Assembly (NCBI GenBank): GCA_037447605.1
Contig: CM074804.1
Coordinates: 3,883,909 to 3,947,908, forward strand
Length of the DNA: 64,000 bases
Direction of reading: 5' to 3'
Source: Zygnema circumcarinatum SAG 698-1b
Taxonomy: Eukaryota > Plantae > Zygnematophyceae
Position 1 is the stretch's first letter; the number at the start of each line of letters is the position of its first letter. Of this stretch, positions 24,380 through 46,384 are shown in pieces. The translations under genes and the position numbers were made by a program. The notes under the pieces are model-generated. The model was not told the DNA's origin, did not search any database, and was given only the letters and a program-made list of their open reading frames with translations.

Positions 24380-24490
24380 GTACACTGCTACAGTGTTACT
24401 GTACAGTACTGTACAGTAATGTAATACCTTACGGTACGGCACATTTACTGCTTGCATCTCTGTTGACAGGTCCGCCACGTGGCGCTGCGC
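24380..24490. promoter_or_regulatory. Putative bidirectional promoter core between VPS53 and HSP33, with a 24-bp palindrome and a G-box
   Basis: TTACTGTACAGTACTGTACAGTAA at 24396-24419; CGCCACGTGGCG at ~24474-24485; lies between ATGs at 23976 (-) and 24640 (+). Confidence 0.5.
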
Positions 24491-24639
24491 AGGCCGTTGA
24501 CGCGGCGGAATCGGACGGCGGGCTGAGCGCCACGTGGCTGCTTCTCCTACCGCCATGTGGCTAGTCCGGCCAGCCGCGGCCCGCGGCCCGCGGCCCTCTC
24601 CAAGGAGGCGGGCGAAGCCTGTGATGCCCCGGCGCGACC

Positions 24640-27263
24640 ATGGCGTGCCACGTGGCGGCCTTCCGCTCCCCCCTCGCGGGACCTCTCTTAGGGGTCCGCC
24701 ATGGCGGCGCGGCGGTCCCATGGGGAGGAGGGGTGCGGCCGCTGCCGTGGACTGCGGACGTGCGGGTGCAGCTGCGGAGCCAGGGGGGGCTCCCACGCGG
24801 AGGCGGGGGCCGTGCAGAGGCTACGAGGAGGCGGACGCCATGCCCCTGCAGGTGCGTGAGTGAGGGAGGGGAGGCCATGGCTTCTGCCTCGGGGCTCGCT
24901 GTGGAGGACAAGGGTACGGACGAGATTTTCTCGTGCATGGGAGCAAATGCGGAGGTCTGCTACTCCTCCTCGCCAACCCTCGCCCTAAAAGCATCAGGCG
25001 TGGGCAGTGTGGTTCCCCTCCGCTGCTCTCTGAACGGGCCGCCATGGCGCGCCAGGTGTCACTCCTCGTGGTGCTGGGGACGGAGTTGGTGAAGGAGGCG
25101 CAGCGCCGCCACAACACTGCTCCTACGGTATGGCTGCTGCGGCTGCTGCTGGGCCTCTCCCTGAGAGGGCTTTGCGAGGAGGTTGCATTGTCCGCCATGC
25201 CTGCCGCGCAGACTGATCTGCAAAGGCTGAGTTTTTCGCAGGCCACAGCTGCGCTGGGACGGCTGCTTCTCGGGACACTTTTGCTGGGCGCCCTCAAGGG
25301 CGGGGAGGAGACTGTGCAGGTGAGGAGGACTTTCTCTCGCTTCCCCTTTCTGCTCTCTCTCTCTCTCTCGTCCGCCTCCTGCATGAGAAGTACAGCCGCT
25401 GCAATAGAGGGCGGGGAAGCGCGCAGGTTATGTTTGCAGGGCGAGGAGATATCGGGCGCATGACCGCCGTCTGCTCGCTAGGGAGCCTCGTAAAGGGCTA
25501 TGTGGACAACCCCTCCTGCGATCCTCCACTTACACCACGGGGCAAGGTACGCCTTCCCTGCCTGCATTGCTTTGCAAATTAGGGGCGCTGTCAGGGCAGC
25601 CATGGCGGACAGATGCTTGACGCGATGGGCAGGCGATGGGGAGGGCTGCAGATGGATGTGGGCGCTGCAGTGGGACCGGGCGTGCTGACAGTGGTGCGCT
25701 CCCACCCTGCATGGCAGTCGCCCTACACGTGGGTTTCTTTCTGGCCCGCTCTCTGGTCACATTCCGGGAGGCGCTTCATGGTCTGGGTTTAAACTTATCG
25801 GCTGTATGATTGAAGGTGACTAGATTTGCTGGTGTCGGGTGGCTGTGAATACGCTTTCGGATCAATGGAGGGGGCAGTTTTTCATATGGTTACTGGTGTG
25901 AGGGAGGTGCAAACCTGAATGGGAGGATACATGCTTTAGATAGATGGAATTACTTACGTTTGTGCTAAGCGTCCTCATATCAGACCACCAGCCAGAAGCA
26001 CCTATTTTCCAAATAGCAGGTGTTAGTGCTAATATTCTATGTCAATCAAGGAGAGCATTGAAAAATCTCTTGTCGCCTTTCTGGGGATTGCAGTTCCCGT
26101 AGGAAGTTCTGGCTAGGTGATTTTTCGGAAGGTGCCTTTTGAGCATGTCATTAACGTGTGGATTGTTTTCCGGGTGTTTGCTAATGAAAATTTTAATTAC
26201 TGTTGCTATTCTACTTCTGAGATAACGTGCGTCCCTTAGTATGATTGATTTCAATCTGTGTGATCTCAAACAAGTTGCATTTGCCTGTCCATGGTTTTCT
26301 CGACAATTTAGCTTTTTATTTTCCTTCAAAAAGCGAAGGGCTAGCTGACCAGGAGTCTGATTCGGGGCTCGGGTGCAGGGGGACAGTGCCCCTGCAAACC
26401 GGAGAGGTGGCAGAGGATTTGGCCCACTACTTGGCAGACAGTGAACAGGTTCGCTCGCCCCCCTTAAGCCCCTAATCAACATCAAATTTATCAACCAAGG
26501 ACCCTGAACTCGACTCACAAGCGGCTTGCCCTGCAGATCTTCTCAGCCATTTCTTTGGGAGTTTCCGTTGGCCGCGATGGAATGGTGAAGGCAGCAGGTG
26601 GATTCTTGTTGCAGGTAAGGAACACACATATTCTGCAATAGGGACTCACTTTTTGGCAATGTAGAGTTAAACCCTATGGCCTCCATCCCTTCTACAATGG
26701 CTGTGCAGGTCCTGCCGGGCTGCTCGGAAGAAACCTTGGCACAAGTGGAAGCCAATGTGCAGGCCATGCCGCCCATGTCTGAGCTGGCGGGCGCCGAGGA
26801 GCCGTACAAGATTGCCGCCCGGTTGTTAGCAGGATTCGGGGTGGACGAGAGAGTACAGACGGTGAGTTCGGAGCTCTGAAAGCGTTTTTAGGCTTTGTAG
26901 GGGATGCGGTGTGGAAGGTCTCATGCTGTCTGGGAGGGAGGGGGCTGAGCAGGTCGTGCCAAAGTTCGGGCCCTGCTCTGTGGAGGACTTGAAGCCCCGC
27001 ATGCTGCGAGCAGTGGAGTCCCTCGGGGCAGACGACATTCGCCTCCTCCTTCAAGAACAAGGTTTTCGCATCCCCCCCCCTTTTGCTTGGGCTGAATGAT
27101 ACGTCAGCTTTACTCGCTGATTAAGATGACACGTGTGAGGGAGGCGGTGACAGGGCACGTGGAGGTTCGCTGTGAGTTTTGTGCGGAGGTGGTTCAGTTT
27201 CAGGAGGAGGGCTTGCAGGCACTGCTGAAGCCGCCCTCTGACGACGCTTCTGGTTCTGTCTAG
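24640..27263 (+). CDS. HSP33: HSP33 (hslO-like) redox chaperone with a predicted organellar transit peptide
   Basis: Exons encode VSLLVVLGTELVKEAQRRHNTAPT, ATAALGRLLLGTLLLGALKGGEETVQ, GVLTVVRSHPAWQSPYT, TGEVAEDLAHYLADSEQ, VLPGCSEETLAQVEANV, PKFGPCSVEDLKPRM and VRCEFCAEVVQF; stop TAG at 27261-27263. Confidence 0.9.
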
Positions 27264-27949
27264 TGCTAGACTTACAGAGCTGGTTCTTCAGAAAATTAGA
27301 AACGTAGTTTAACCATGAACGATGTTGGGAACGGTGTCCTTTTTTATCTCCTAATATATTTCGTTTCAGGTCTCTCATTGCCACCCTTCGTTCTTTCAGG
27401 GAGCCTTCTCCTCTCTCCTCTGCGTGTGCATCTTTGCCTCAACTTTCCACCGTATTTACTGCATGAAAGTCTGAAAAAAAGAATAAGGACTGTGTGCATC
27501 CCAAGGCAAGTGAGAGGGACATGAGACACGAGGTACCCTGCATGGCAGCTCAGAGAAGTCCAGCCTATCTGCAGACGCAGCATTGCAGTCTGCAAGCTGA
27601 AATACGCAACCATTCACGGTAGGCATAAGGCTTTTTTACATAAAAGCATGCCGACGCGACAGTCACAATCACTTACTTCTACCACCCTCTCTCCCTCCCT
27701 AGTCTGTCTAGGCCTGGACAGGTGTATTGCATTCCCTTCTGGCTACCCCTGTGAGCTCCTCCGAATGAGGGAGAGCAGAGCTAGAAAGGGGCAAGGAAAA
27801 AATGGGGAGCAGAACAGCTCCGAAGTGTCAATATACGGAAAACAAAGAATTACAATAGCACAGCCCCTCAAACGAAGTGGTTGTGGGCGGTTCAAAGGGG
27901 TGCTTTTTGACTCTCATTTTTTTCCATTTCATCTTTTTGCCTTTCGCAT

Positions 27950-30900
27950 TTATCCCATGGCATCTTCGGAATCTGTGTCTCTCTCCTCTTCTCGCGCAAG
28001 CTGTTCCAGCAGTTCCCTCTGCCGGTCGGTCAGATGCCTGCAGCCACCGAGGTCCCTCTTGCCCAGTCAGCACCTCTTGCTAGGGCCACACTCTAAGGTA
28101 TGCTTCTTCAGAGTTTACTGAATGCCGAACCGAGGAAGGTGGGAACCTCACTTGGGAATCTGCACGCGGAAATGCAAATAAAGGTCGCCCCTGCGGTCGC
28201 TGTCTGGATGTTTAACTCCTGCAGACTCCCAAATAAAATTGTACGAATCAGTATTCAATAGCCACAATTACCTGCCTGCAGAATCACTCGTTTCCTTTTT
28301 TTTTTTTTTAAATCCCATTATATTCAGTTATGATGCTTTGATTCAGGGAGCCCGAGACTGAGCTCACCTTTCCCCCTCAGCACAGCTTTGTCATCCGGTT
28401 GCGTGCCCGGCCTCACCTACAGCAACACACAGAGGAAACAACTCCCTAATCATACACTGCACTCAATCTTTTGTAGAAGCAATACTCCGCTTAAAATTGC
28501 AAAAAAATTGAGGGGCGCCGGCCAACTCACTTTGAGTTTTACAGTCCCTGATAGTGTTGGCGCAATCGTTTCACCTCCAAGAGCCGCCTGCATCCCGCTC
28601 CTCACAGGTCACTTCATCAAACCAAACATAAAATCGCAACTCTTGTTCGTTACTCCTAAAAACCTAAATTTCCAGCAAAAACTGGAAAATAGGAAGCAGC
28701 CTGAGCTGAATAAGGCACACAAATATGCACCTGGGGGACGCTGATTGGCACATCTGCGTGAAGATTGAATCCATCCCGATCAAAAACAGGATCCTTCTCA
28801 ACCTGTAAGTGTTAAAAAGCATAAGGAACACCAGGGTCAGATGCCTTCTACCTGTTTGATACAATCCATGATTCCCGTGAATGATGACCATACACCGAGA
28901 TAACTCAGTACAAAATGTAGTGCAGGCTTGCACCTTAAATGAAATGATGAGCGATCCCGGTTTCTGCCCTCGAGCCCCGGCAGCACCTTTCCCGGCTACT
29001 CGCATAGTTATGCCTTCGTTGGCACCTGAACCGCCCGTATACGCAATCATCTAAAATTGATCAACCATTTCACGTACTTCACAGCAGCAGTAAGTCGACG
29101 CAGAAAAATCTGTTTTCCTATCAGGAATTACTGCACTTCTCCCCTGCCTGCTTAGACGATGAGCCCTGTCAACATAAACGCTCACCTGCAGGAATCTTCA
29201 CATCCACCTCCTGTTCAGCTGCTACCACACCACTTCCATCACATGTCCTACAGTGCTCCTGCGTCCCTTGCCAAGTCACCTGTTAAATGTGGTCCTGAAT
29301 CTGAACCACTGCTGCTTGAAGTCCATCGCCAAAAAAAAACTATACCTGACAGGAAAAATCCTCCAAGCTATGGCTGACAGGAGCACCACTGGCAATTGTA
29401 ACCAATGATTGCAACCAAACGGGAGGTGAATTCCAAAACTGATCATTATTGTAACATAATACCGTTTCACACTAGAGCACAAACACACGGAACAGGACAT
29501 GCATATCCCTGTCAAAGAGAGCTAAGCAAGAGACAGTACGCTGCTTCTCAAGCTGACAGAAAGGGCCGACCTTAACAAATGCCCCAGTGCCCCCGCATGT
29601 GGTGCATGTCGTCTCCATCACAAAATTCCCGCGGACCAATCTTCTCTGCCCAGCAAGGAACACAGCAGACAAACAAAAATAAGATCTAGGGATGGCCATA
29701 CTTCTGCTTCAAAGAAGTGAGATGCGTTCCACTTCCACAGCGCATACATCACATTAGTAGTTTCGAAGCCGATTGAAGCAGGAAAGGTGGAGAGGTGCAT
29801 CCTCACCATGCCTGACCCCTGACAGCTGCGACACTTTTGGACTTCAGCGCCTTTGGGAAGCCCAGAGCCATCTGCCCATCACCCCAAAAGCCTAATTACA
29901 TCTCCTCCAAGTCACTGACATGTTGCCAGCACAAAGGGAGCAAGATCGTTCCTAGAATTTGGCCTCACGACTTGCATTTTCACGTACAGTAGCATCACTT
30001 GCATTGAACAGATTCTAGAATTTAGCACGGTTCAGTTCAATAAATTCGAAGTAAAAGGCCGGTTTTTGAAATAGTAATATTCCAGTTGAACATTTGAGAC
30101 ACACGTTTGCGGTGTCTCCAATGTTGAAAGTGTTTTTGTCGCATAATTAGATTCCAACTGTTTTCCGTGTGAACACGATTCGGAATTACAAATTTTCACA
30201 TGTTCGACTGTTTGTTTTGGGCGATCAGCTTGAGCATTCTTTCCAATAATAAATAGATCAATAATAGATTCATTCAATTACAGTTGGCATTAGAACTCAG
30301 TCGTCAAAAAAATTTACACTGACGGTAGTTTTTGGTTTGATGTTCATGTCAAGTAACCGTATAGTAATTCCAATTCCCATGTTTTCCAAAAAAAATTCCG
30401 TCATGTAGCACAGCCATTTTCGACTTACTGCAGCTTGTGCATCGTGTCGGAGCTCTGAACTTCACTGATTTAATGCACCCCTCAACTGCCTCACGGAATG
30501 ACAGCAGCAATGTCATCTGCACCCCCTCAGACCAGTCAACCACCATCATTAAGAAACCTACGGTCTAGATCAAGCATCCCTAATATGCTCAAATTACCCA
30601 AAAGTTTGGACGTTATCGACAACCATAAACATGAACAACACTGCACAGGCGAGTGACTAGTTCCCACTTTGCTTACCTGCACATCAGGTCCAAATCCTTG
30701 ACCCGTCTCACGTTGCATGCCAAAAGAGTTAAAAAACTGCACAGCCAAAAGGCAACCCAATAGCAGGTGCTTTGTCAGCTTATCTGCAGATTGAGGATGC
30801 TCAATGACCTTCAAATTCTCGCAGCTTAAATGTTTACACGTCTAGAACGCGGGGAACCAGCAAGCTGTTTGCATACCCAACCCGTTGTGCTCTCATCACA

Positions 30901-33394
30901 ATCAGCTATCGTCTTACAACTGTTCTTTTCACCCAATTCGTCATCAAACATGGGGGTTGACACTGTCAGTTAGCCTTAGCAGTTAGCCTTCATGGTACAA
31001 TTAAACATATGTGAGCCTGATCCTCTCTTCCGCAGTTCCTAGCCAAGCTAGCACCGACTCATTCATGCGGTAGGGGCAAGTAAGGTCGTCGACTTGCTGT
31101 CATCGCCTTCCTGTCATTTGTCTAGACATTCCAGTATAAATGCTTGTCGTCTTTCCAGACTATGCAACTGCAAATGCTTCACATTGATCATTCCATAGAA
31201 CTTGTTCAGCTATAGTTCCAGCTATATACCTCGCTGGTATAGAGTGCCAAACTTCATTTGGGCCTTTACGGTCAGTATAGAACCACTGGCACAGAGATAT
31301 AGTGACTCCACCTGATCAAAGCCGGCGGCACGAAAGAAATCTTGATCAAAATTTAAGCCAGCACCAAAGGGAGAAGAACCGGCGTCTCCTCCTCCCGTTT
31401 GAGCATTAGTATAAGCTTCATGGCCCAGCTGCACTCGCAACTCCGCATTTGTGAACGACTGAGCAGCTAACAATTGCTTCCTCGACTTTCATGTTCATTC
31501 AGCACCCGCTCGCGCGTAACTAACTGAATTTTTTTGACTTGAAGGTTGATCAGGCATCCTCTGACCACACATTCTCAAAGTTCAGGAAGTCTGCAGAGCT
31601 AACGAAAGAAAGGCAAGACATCGACTCACCTGGTCATATGCTGCACGCTTCTCGGTGTCCTTCAAAATCTGCACAATCCGCCCTTTGCAAAGTCAATATC
31701 AGTCAACCTCCTCTATGAAAAAAATGCAAAAACGCATTCTCAACAACTTCACACAATCTGGAACTTATCCACTTGGTGCAGGAGAAAATGGAGAAAAGAG
31801 GAGGTTCATATTCAGTGCCTCTGGCTCAGGTTGTAATCAACATTCAAATTTGAATGCAACTATGAGAGCGGTCAGCCTACCTCATACGCCTGCTGCACAT
31901 TTTGAAACTTCGGCTCTGCGTCTGGATCATCCTTGTTCTTGTCCGGATGATACTTTTGAGCAAGCTGTCAAAGCAAGGTCCAACCCCTTATCCTCCGTTT
32001 GTCAAATTCTTCTGTAATCTGAATCACTCTTACATTTGGCTCCAAGACGAAAAAGGTAGTGACGCGTGATTATGAGATCCTACACAACTAACTCCTCAGG
32101 CGTCTCACAGTCATCAACTAAAGAGATTTATGGGGTGAAAGAAAAGGGTCCAATTTCAAAAACCCTACAGATTTATAGATACGACAATACCAACACTCTA
32201 TTGGTGTTTCGAAATCTCACATGAGGTTCAGAAGAAACAAGGAATAGTGGAAGAAAATCTGCTTTGTGCAAAGGAAGGATAGACGTTAAAATTGAGTGCT
32301 TACGTTTCATCACGGTAGAGTAAACTGGAACCTCGTCTGAAAGATATCCAATTTATAAAGGTCCCCATCTACATTCAAACATACACGGCTGACTCACGAT
32401 GGGGAACTTTTCAAAAGATTACGATCCACTGCTTGCATCGCTTTTTGTTTACACGAGCAGAAAAGGTGAACTGAAATGCTTACGGAGTAATACGCCTTCT
32501 TTATGTCAGCTGCACTGGCATTTTGCGGCACGCCCAGCACATCGTAGTAGCTCTGTGCTGCTCTTTCAACGAAACCTACGAGTAACAAACAGAAAGCGAT
32601 TATCAAAATAAAGACTGAATTCATAGGATTTTATAATCAAATCATCGAGCTGGTGAGCATGCACGCGTCTCTCCAGCTAGAGTTAAAAGCTCCAGCTGCC
32701 CCGCATACTCTGTACATGCTTCATGGAACGATAAGCCGAAGCAGTTCTTTCTGAGGAGGAGAAAGAAACCTACTGCTGCTATGGAAAGAGCGAATCCCGT
32801 AAGGTCTGTATCTATGGTACGCTCCAAAACTGGTCCTTTGAGCAAAGTGCATCCCAGAAGGCAAACCTGCCGGGAGCCTGCCTCCCGTCCCTGCATTGGT
32901 CACACTAAAATGAACATCATAATTGAGAACTCATAGTCGCAGTCTTCACATGTCACTGATTCTGGCTGTCTACACAAAATTGAACGAACTCAACTTTGCA
33001 ATTCTCGGCCTTGCCCTCGCGCCACCGAGCAATGTCACCTGTAAGAGCCTCTTTCTATTGCTATCGCCGCCCACCTGTCTGAGCTCCCTCATGCATATTA
33101 CTGCAACACTCCAATGGTTCCTCTGCGCCAAAACTTCTCGACGGACGGCGTGCCCCTAGGTCCTGCAGCCCTCCACCGCAACCATTCCTTTCGTCTTCAA
33201 ATTCTCCTAATGTAATTGCAGCATGCACATTAAAATCCACATTTTATGAAACGTCCTCATCATGCCCAATCGATGCCAAAGCCAACCTGCGTGGCAGCCG
33301 GCTGCGTGGCGCCCAAAGGCCGCTCAGCCCGGCTGAGGCCGCGCAGCCGCGTTCCCGCTGCCAGGAGCGTGCGCGCAACTCGAGGCCCCGCCAT
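27950..33394 (-). CDS. GFA2: Type-I DnaJ/Hsp40 with an Arg-rich targeting peptide (mitochondrial GFA2-like)
   Basis: J domain [21 protein letters not shown] / [17 protein letters not shown] / [13 protein letters not shown]; G/F-rich exon; four CxxCxGxG-type motifs ([28 protein letters not shown]); C-terminal [12 protein letters not shown] and [17 protein letters not shown]. Confidence 0.88.
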
Positions 33395-33849
33395 GGCGTC
33401 ACTCCCCTGCCGGCTGCTCGCACAGGCAGAGGCAGAAGCAGGCCCTGAGCAGAGCAAGGCAGGGGCGGGGGGAGGGCAGCGTCTGGCTCTGGAGGCTTCT
33501 GCGCACACGTGACGGCCCCTCGAGCGCCCTCGAATTAGGGTTAGCGGTCGGCCGCCACACGCGCTCACTGCATCGAACGGTCGAGGGTCGCGGGACGCAC
33601 TCCACTTGCTCGCGTGATCGCGCCGCGTTCAGTCCGCCCGCCTGCTTTCGGACCGAGCGCGGGCAGGCTGGCATGCGGGCATGTGTTCGCCCGCCCTCCC
33701 TGCCTCCCTCCCTCCGGCAAGCAAGCAAGCAAGCTATGGGGCGGTGGGGCAGCGGGGGTTGAAGGCCGACCAGTGGCACACAGCAGCCACCTGCGGACGC
33801 GGACCTGCGCAACACGAGGACGCACGCACGGACGCGGGCGGGCGACACC

Positions 33850-33932
33850 AGGGAGGGAGGGAGGGGAGGGAGGGAGGGAGGGAGGGANNNNNNNNNNGGG
33901 AGGGAGGGAGGGAGGGAGGGAGGGAGGGAGGG
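33850..33932. repeat. (GGGA)n tract interrupted by a 10-N gap (33888-33897)
   Basis: gggagggaggga runs on both sides of the gap. Confidence 0.85.
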
Positions 33933-35093
33933 GCATTCATCCATCCCTCGCCGCTCGCCAGCCTCACTCCGCCCGTCGCACACAGCCACACACAGTCTCT
34001 CAGCCATTGAGAGTGGCGGGTCTGGTCTCGCTCAGGGCGGTCGGATCGACCGCAATGGCCGGCTGCCCAGTTAGTGCACCGCAGGACTGAGTACTGCGGA
34101 GGCCCCGCGGGCTGAGTGGGCGACATCCAAGGTCGTTGAGGGAGGGAGGCTGACTGGCCGCGGGACTCAGAGTGACGAGCACATTCAGGGAAGGAAGTAC
34201 CCGCATGCCCTCAGCATTTCGCCTCAGCAATGCTTAGTGTGGACAGTGTGGCAAGCACATGACAATCTGAGTGTCTGCCATTACTCGTCGACGCCCGTCG
34301 AAGTGTGCAATAATACTAGCGTCAACTCAAGGTCCATGCCTGCCAGTCGACGAAGAGCACGGTCGAGGCGGAAGAATGCGTGAATCCTCATGCACTCCAC
34401 ATGTACCGCTTCAAGTGAAATCCTACAATAGGGGACTCATTCTTGGGGGGAGGGGGGAACGAAGTTCGTAAAGTATCGAAATCGAACTCCACGAATGGAG
34501 ATCAGACTCATATACAGTACAAGTTCTGGCCTCAAATCTGTAACGCAAAAGCTAAGAATGAAGGTTCACTTCATTCTTAGCTTTGCTTTCTTTGCTTTGC
34601 CTTCTTATTCTTTGCAGATAGCTCGAGTGGCCGGTTCTGTTCAGAGTACTCCAGGTGCCAACTACAGTACTGGAACATTCTTGATTGTGATAAGTCTCAG
34701 GAGGCCAGCTACTGCAATGCTCCCAATCCATGCAATAGATTCCTTTTCTCCAGAAGAGAACTACCTGAGGCCCTAAAAGCAAAAATAAGCCAGTGAGGTG
34801 CAGCTTACAAACAGACAAAGACAGACACTGCTTTTTTCGCCGTCTGGACAGGCCGGGAAATTTAAGCTGCCAGAGATCATCTGTTCTGAGAAACTTCACG
34901 ATTACAGCGGTGGATATTACCTTATTGTCAAATTATAAGACATAACTAATTACATTTGGTTCAAATGAGGAGGGTCCGTAATATGTACACTAGACCCTAG
35001 GGTCGCCTGCAAAAACCTGCTCCTCAGTAGGAGCGGTCTCACTTTGACACGTGGCCTTGTCAATGCTGCAATGGGAATAAATACAGCCATCAT

Positions 35094-37182
35094 TTAGCAG
35101 CACTTTGCTGGGTCTCCTGTTCCAGCTGTGCTGACGACGCCCCCACACCAAGGACACGTGCGAATCTTGCGCCCACTGCTCGTTGCTCCTCCTCTGTCAG
35201 TCGCCATCTGACAGTCTGCCCCTCCGCCTGTGGAGGCAGTGCACAACAAGAGTGAGACTAGCTGCGAATACTCTACAGTTCATTCGGGGGATAGGGGACC
35301 TTTCGACAAACCCTAACTACTTGTCTTCAAGCCACAATCGCGTCTTCTGCTTGGCAAGAACTTGAAGGGTATGCACTACCTCAGCTGAAACGAGCTAAGG
35401 CATTAGTCCAGTTATATATTCTTCCTAACGTCATCAAGAGCTAAAATGCTTAATCAACCTTGGGACACGATAGGATCGAGAGAGCAAAAGTACGCAGACA
35501 AGTGGAGGGAGAGTTGACCTACCCACACTCGCAGCGGTTTCATGCTTTCCCTCCATCGTTCAATCTGGGGTTGCATCAACTCGGCACCCTTTGCGGGGAT
35601 ATCTTCAAGCTGCATCCATTATTAAAAAGGCGGTAATCATAAACTCTAACACACACTGGACAACAACAACCTTCTGAGCAGCCTTCAATAATACAGTAGC
35701 TATGAAGTTTCAGTTGACATTGTGTTTAACCAGTAGCCTCTTTATCTCCACCCCATGATAAGTAGCTCCACTAATCTATTTCTAGAAGCACGATATGCCA
35801 GGGCATAAAAAATGAAATGTCAACTGTCGAATTCATGCAAACAAACTTTGGTTCAATCGTCATGAACCCCTCCAGCAGACTTACAGGAAGCCTGTTTCCC
35901 AGGTACTTCAGGGCTTCTGATACACAACTCTATGAATTTCAGGTGAGGTATCCGCTCACCTGGTTGATTTCCAAGGCTCGACAGGTGAGGAAAAAGGCCG
36001 CAATTCCTCCTCCATAAACAGCTACTGTGGCGACACCAAACGCCTTCGAAACTGCAAGCAGATAAGCAGACTTGCAGTTGAGCAATACTGAATTAAAAAA
36101 CAGGGGAAATTCCATGTCTTTAACTGTCAATGGTTGAAAATTTCTACACAAGAGTGCAACACATTCCTGAGAATAACCGGCCTGGTTTCCAGCATTAAAA
36201 GGTTAGCCTGCACAAAAGGTCGCAATGAAAAACAGAAAATATCTCCACAGCGAAGGAGAAGGGTGCGATACTGCCTTTTGCAAAGGTCTTTGTCCCCTGC
36301 TTGCTAACCTTTGCAAAGGCAACAGAACCCAACTGAGACTGTGCTAGCATTGCATCAAATATTTCACCAATAATACTAACGGTATGGATTTCGACACAAC
36401 TAGGCATTTGAGAAGCGCACCGGAATTGAGGCCCCTCATCAAAGAGTGAACTTTTGCGGCATCTGCAGTGCTCGCCCTCCTCATGTTGGCTGTGGAAGCT
36501 TTTAGACCATTCGAGACAGGGATATCCACTTGATACCTGGAGCAACCACGCGACACAGACAGGAGATTGTTGAATGGACTTGAAGGGAAGGCTATCCTGA
36601 TTTATGGCTCTCAACACATAATATGGGATTCAGAAACATGACCGGCTTAGTTGAGAACTAAATAATATCTAGGCGATGCAGTAACGATACAAGCCACTTG
36701 CTAGAGAAACAAATGCTTACTTGCTGCGGCCTAAGCGTGTTTCAGGAACATGGCCAACTGGCCGCATGGATTGAGTGCTCCTCGACTTTGCATCAAGGCT
36801 GCTCAAGTCCTCCCAGTCCCGTTTGAGTACTGGTTCTCTAATGATTCTGGCCTCTTGGGGCATGTGCAAGGGGAGGGAATGTTGCAAGATCTCAGGCAGC
36901 ATATCAACAACTTCCTCCGCGGCCAGCTTTTGTCCGACAGAGCCCGGGGAAGGGGGACTTCCCGCATTATCTTTCTGACGCAGCCTCTTAAGCCGGGCTG
37001 CAGCAAGCTCATTCTCCTGTTTCCAACAGTGCAAGGAAAATGAATTCAGAGTTCGAGCTCCGACCAGCAGGTCATTCCCAAATGCATGCTCCGGCACGAC
37101 GTCACCAAAAGGCACATGCCCTCCTTACCTCTTTGAAATATTTCCCTTCCTGCGCCCCCAGCCGCCCTCGCAAGAAACTCAT
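35094..37182 (-). CDS. Conserved uncharacterised plant-type membrane protein (MSFLxGRL... family)
   Basis: Exons: MSFLRGRLGAQEGKYFKE; ...VVDMLPEILQHSLP...; KASTANMRR; AVSKAFGVATVAVYGGGIAAFF (TM); LEDIPAKGAELMQPQIERWRESMKPLRVW; AEGQTVRWRL...KCC*. I recall similar land-plant hypothetical proteins; not verified by search. Confidence 0.7.
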
Positions 37183-38111
37183 GCTTCCAAACTCTAATCT
37201 CTACTGCAGCCAATCTCCTGCACTGCCGGCAGGCAGGCGGCGGCCTGCGCTTTCTGCCTCTCCCACCCAGCGCCCGCCCCTCCCCAGCTTCTGCCTCGGC
37301 CCCTGCCCTGCCCCCGCCAGACGCTACGGCAGCCCCAGTTTCCAGTTTCAAACTAGCACAACGATGACGCATGCACTCACGTCACATACACATGCCGTAC
37401 AACAAGAACTGCCAGTATTGCGCTTTATGACGTCATAAAAGCTGTTCGAGACAACCTTTAGTCCACGTGTCCGAAGCTCATAGTACTGATGACGTGTGAG
37501 TACGTCAGTGGTGGAGGAATGTGACGCACGAGAGCGCGGGCTGCCTGGGGAGGGCCGCGGGCTGAAGCTTCGCGGAAACTGCCGCTGGCGTCACGGCGCC
37601 GGCGCTGGTCCGATGACCTCGCCGTCCTCGTGGTTTCTTTCGGCGGCACATTTCTTCACAAGCTCCATTACTCGCCGCGTTGAAAATTTCATTTCAGGCT
37701 GAAGGAGAGGAGAGGCTCCATTCTTGGATCGCGCAAGAAGGCAGAAATGGCGCGCTCCTCATCCAAAAAATATATAAATAAAAAATGATTGGTATATTGT
37801 GGGTTGAACCTACCAAAAAAATTGGCTCTAGTTGAATGCAACCAAAGTGAGCTGCCATGAAGGTATCGCTCTGTACAGCATGTCGCCCTCATGAAACAAC
37901 AATGTCTACAGGACGACAAAACCTAAAATAAGTAAAGAAAAAAGGAAAATTTCCCTTCCGAGCCCTCCACTTCACTTCGTCCTCCCAGGATGGAATAATA
38001 ATCATTCCCTCCATGTCAGCACTGGAAAAAAAAAAAAAAAAAAATTCTATCCCTCAAGATGGTAGTAGTGACTTCGCCTGCGCCGATGTCATATGGACAT
38101 TTAAAGACCCG

Positions 38112-46384
<8,273 letters not shown>

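Noticed and set aside
24640-33394. Chaperone gene cluster (HSP33 next to DnaJ)
   Set aside because: The genes are convergent, have separate promoters and probably target different organelles; the adjacency is most simply coincidental.
37591-37668. 25-aa ORF MELVKKCAAERNHEDGEVIGPAPAP on the minus strand
   Set aside because: Too short, with no supporting splice partner or homology; lies in the spacer between two genes.
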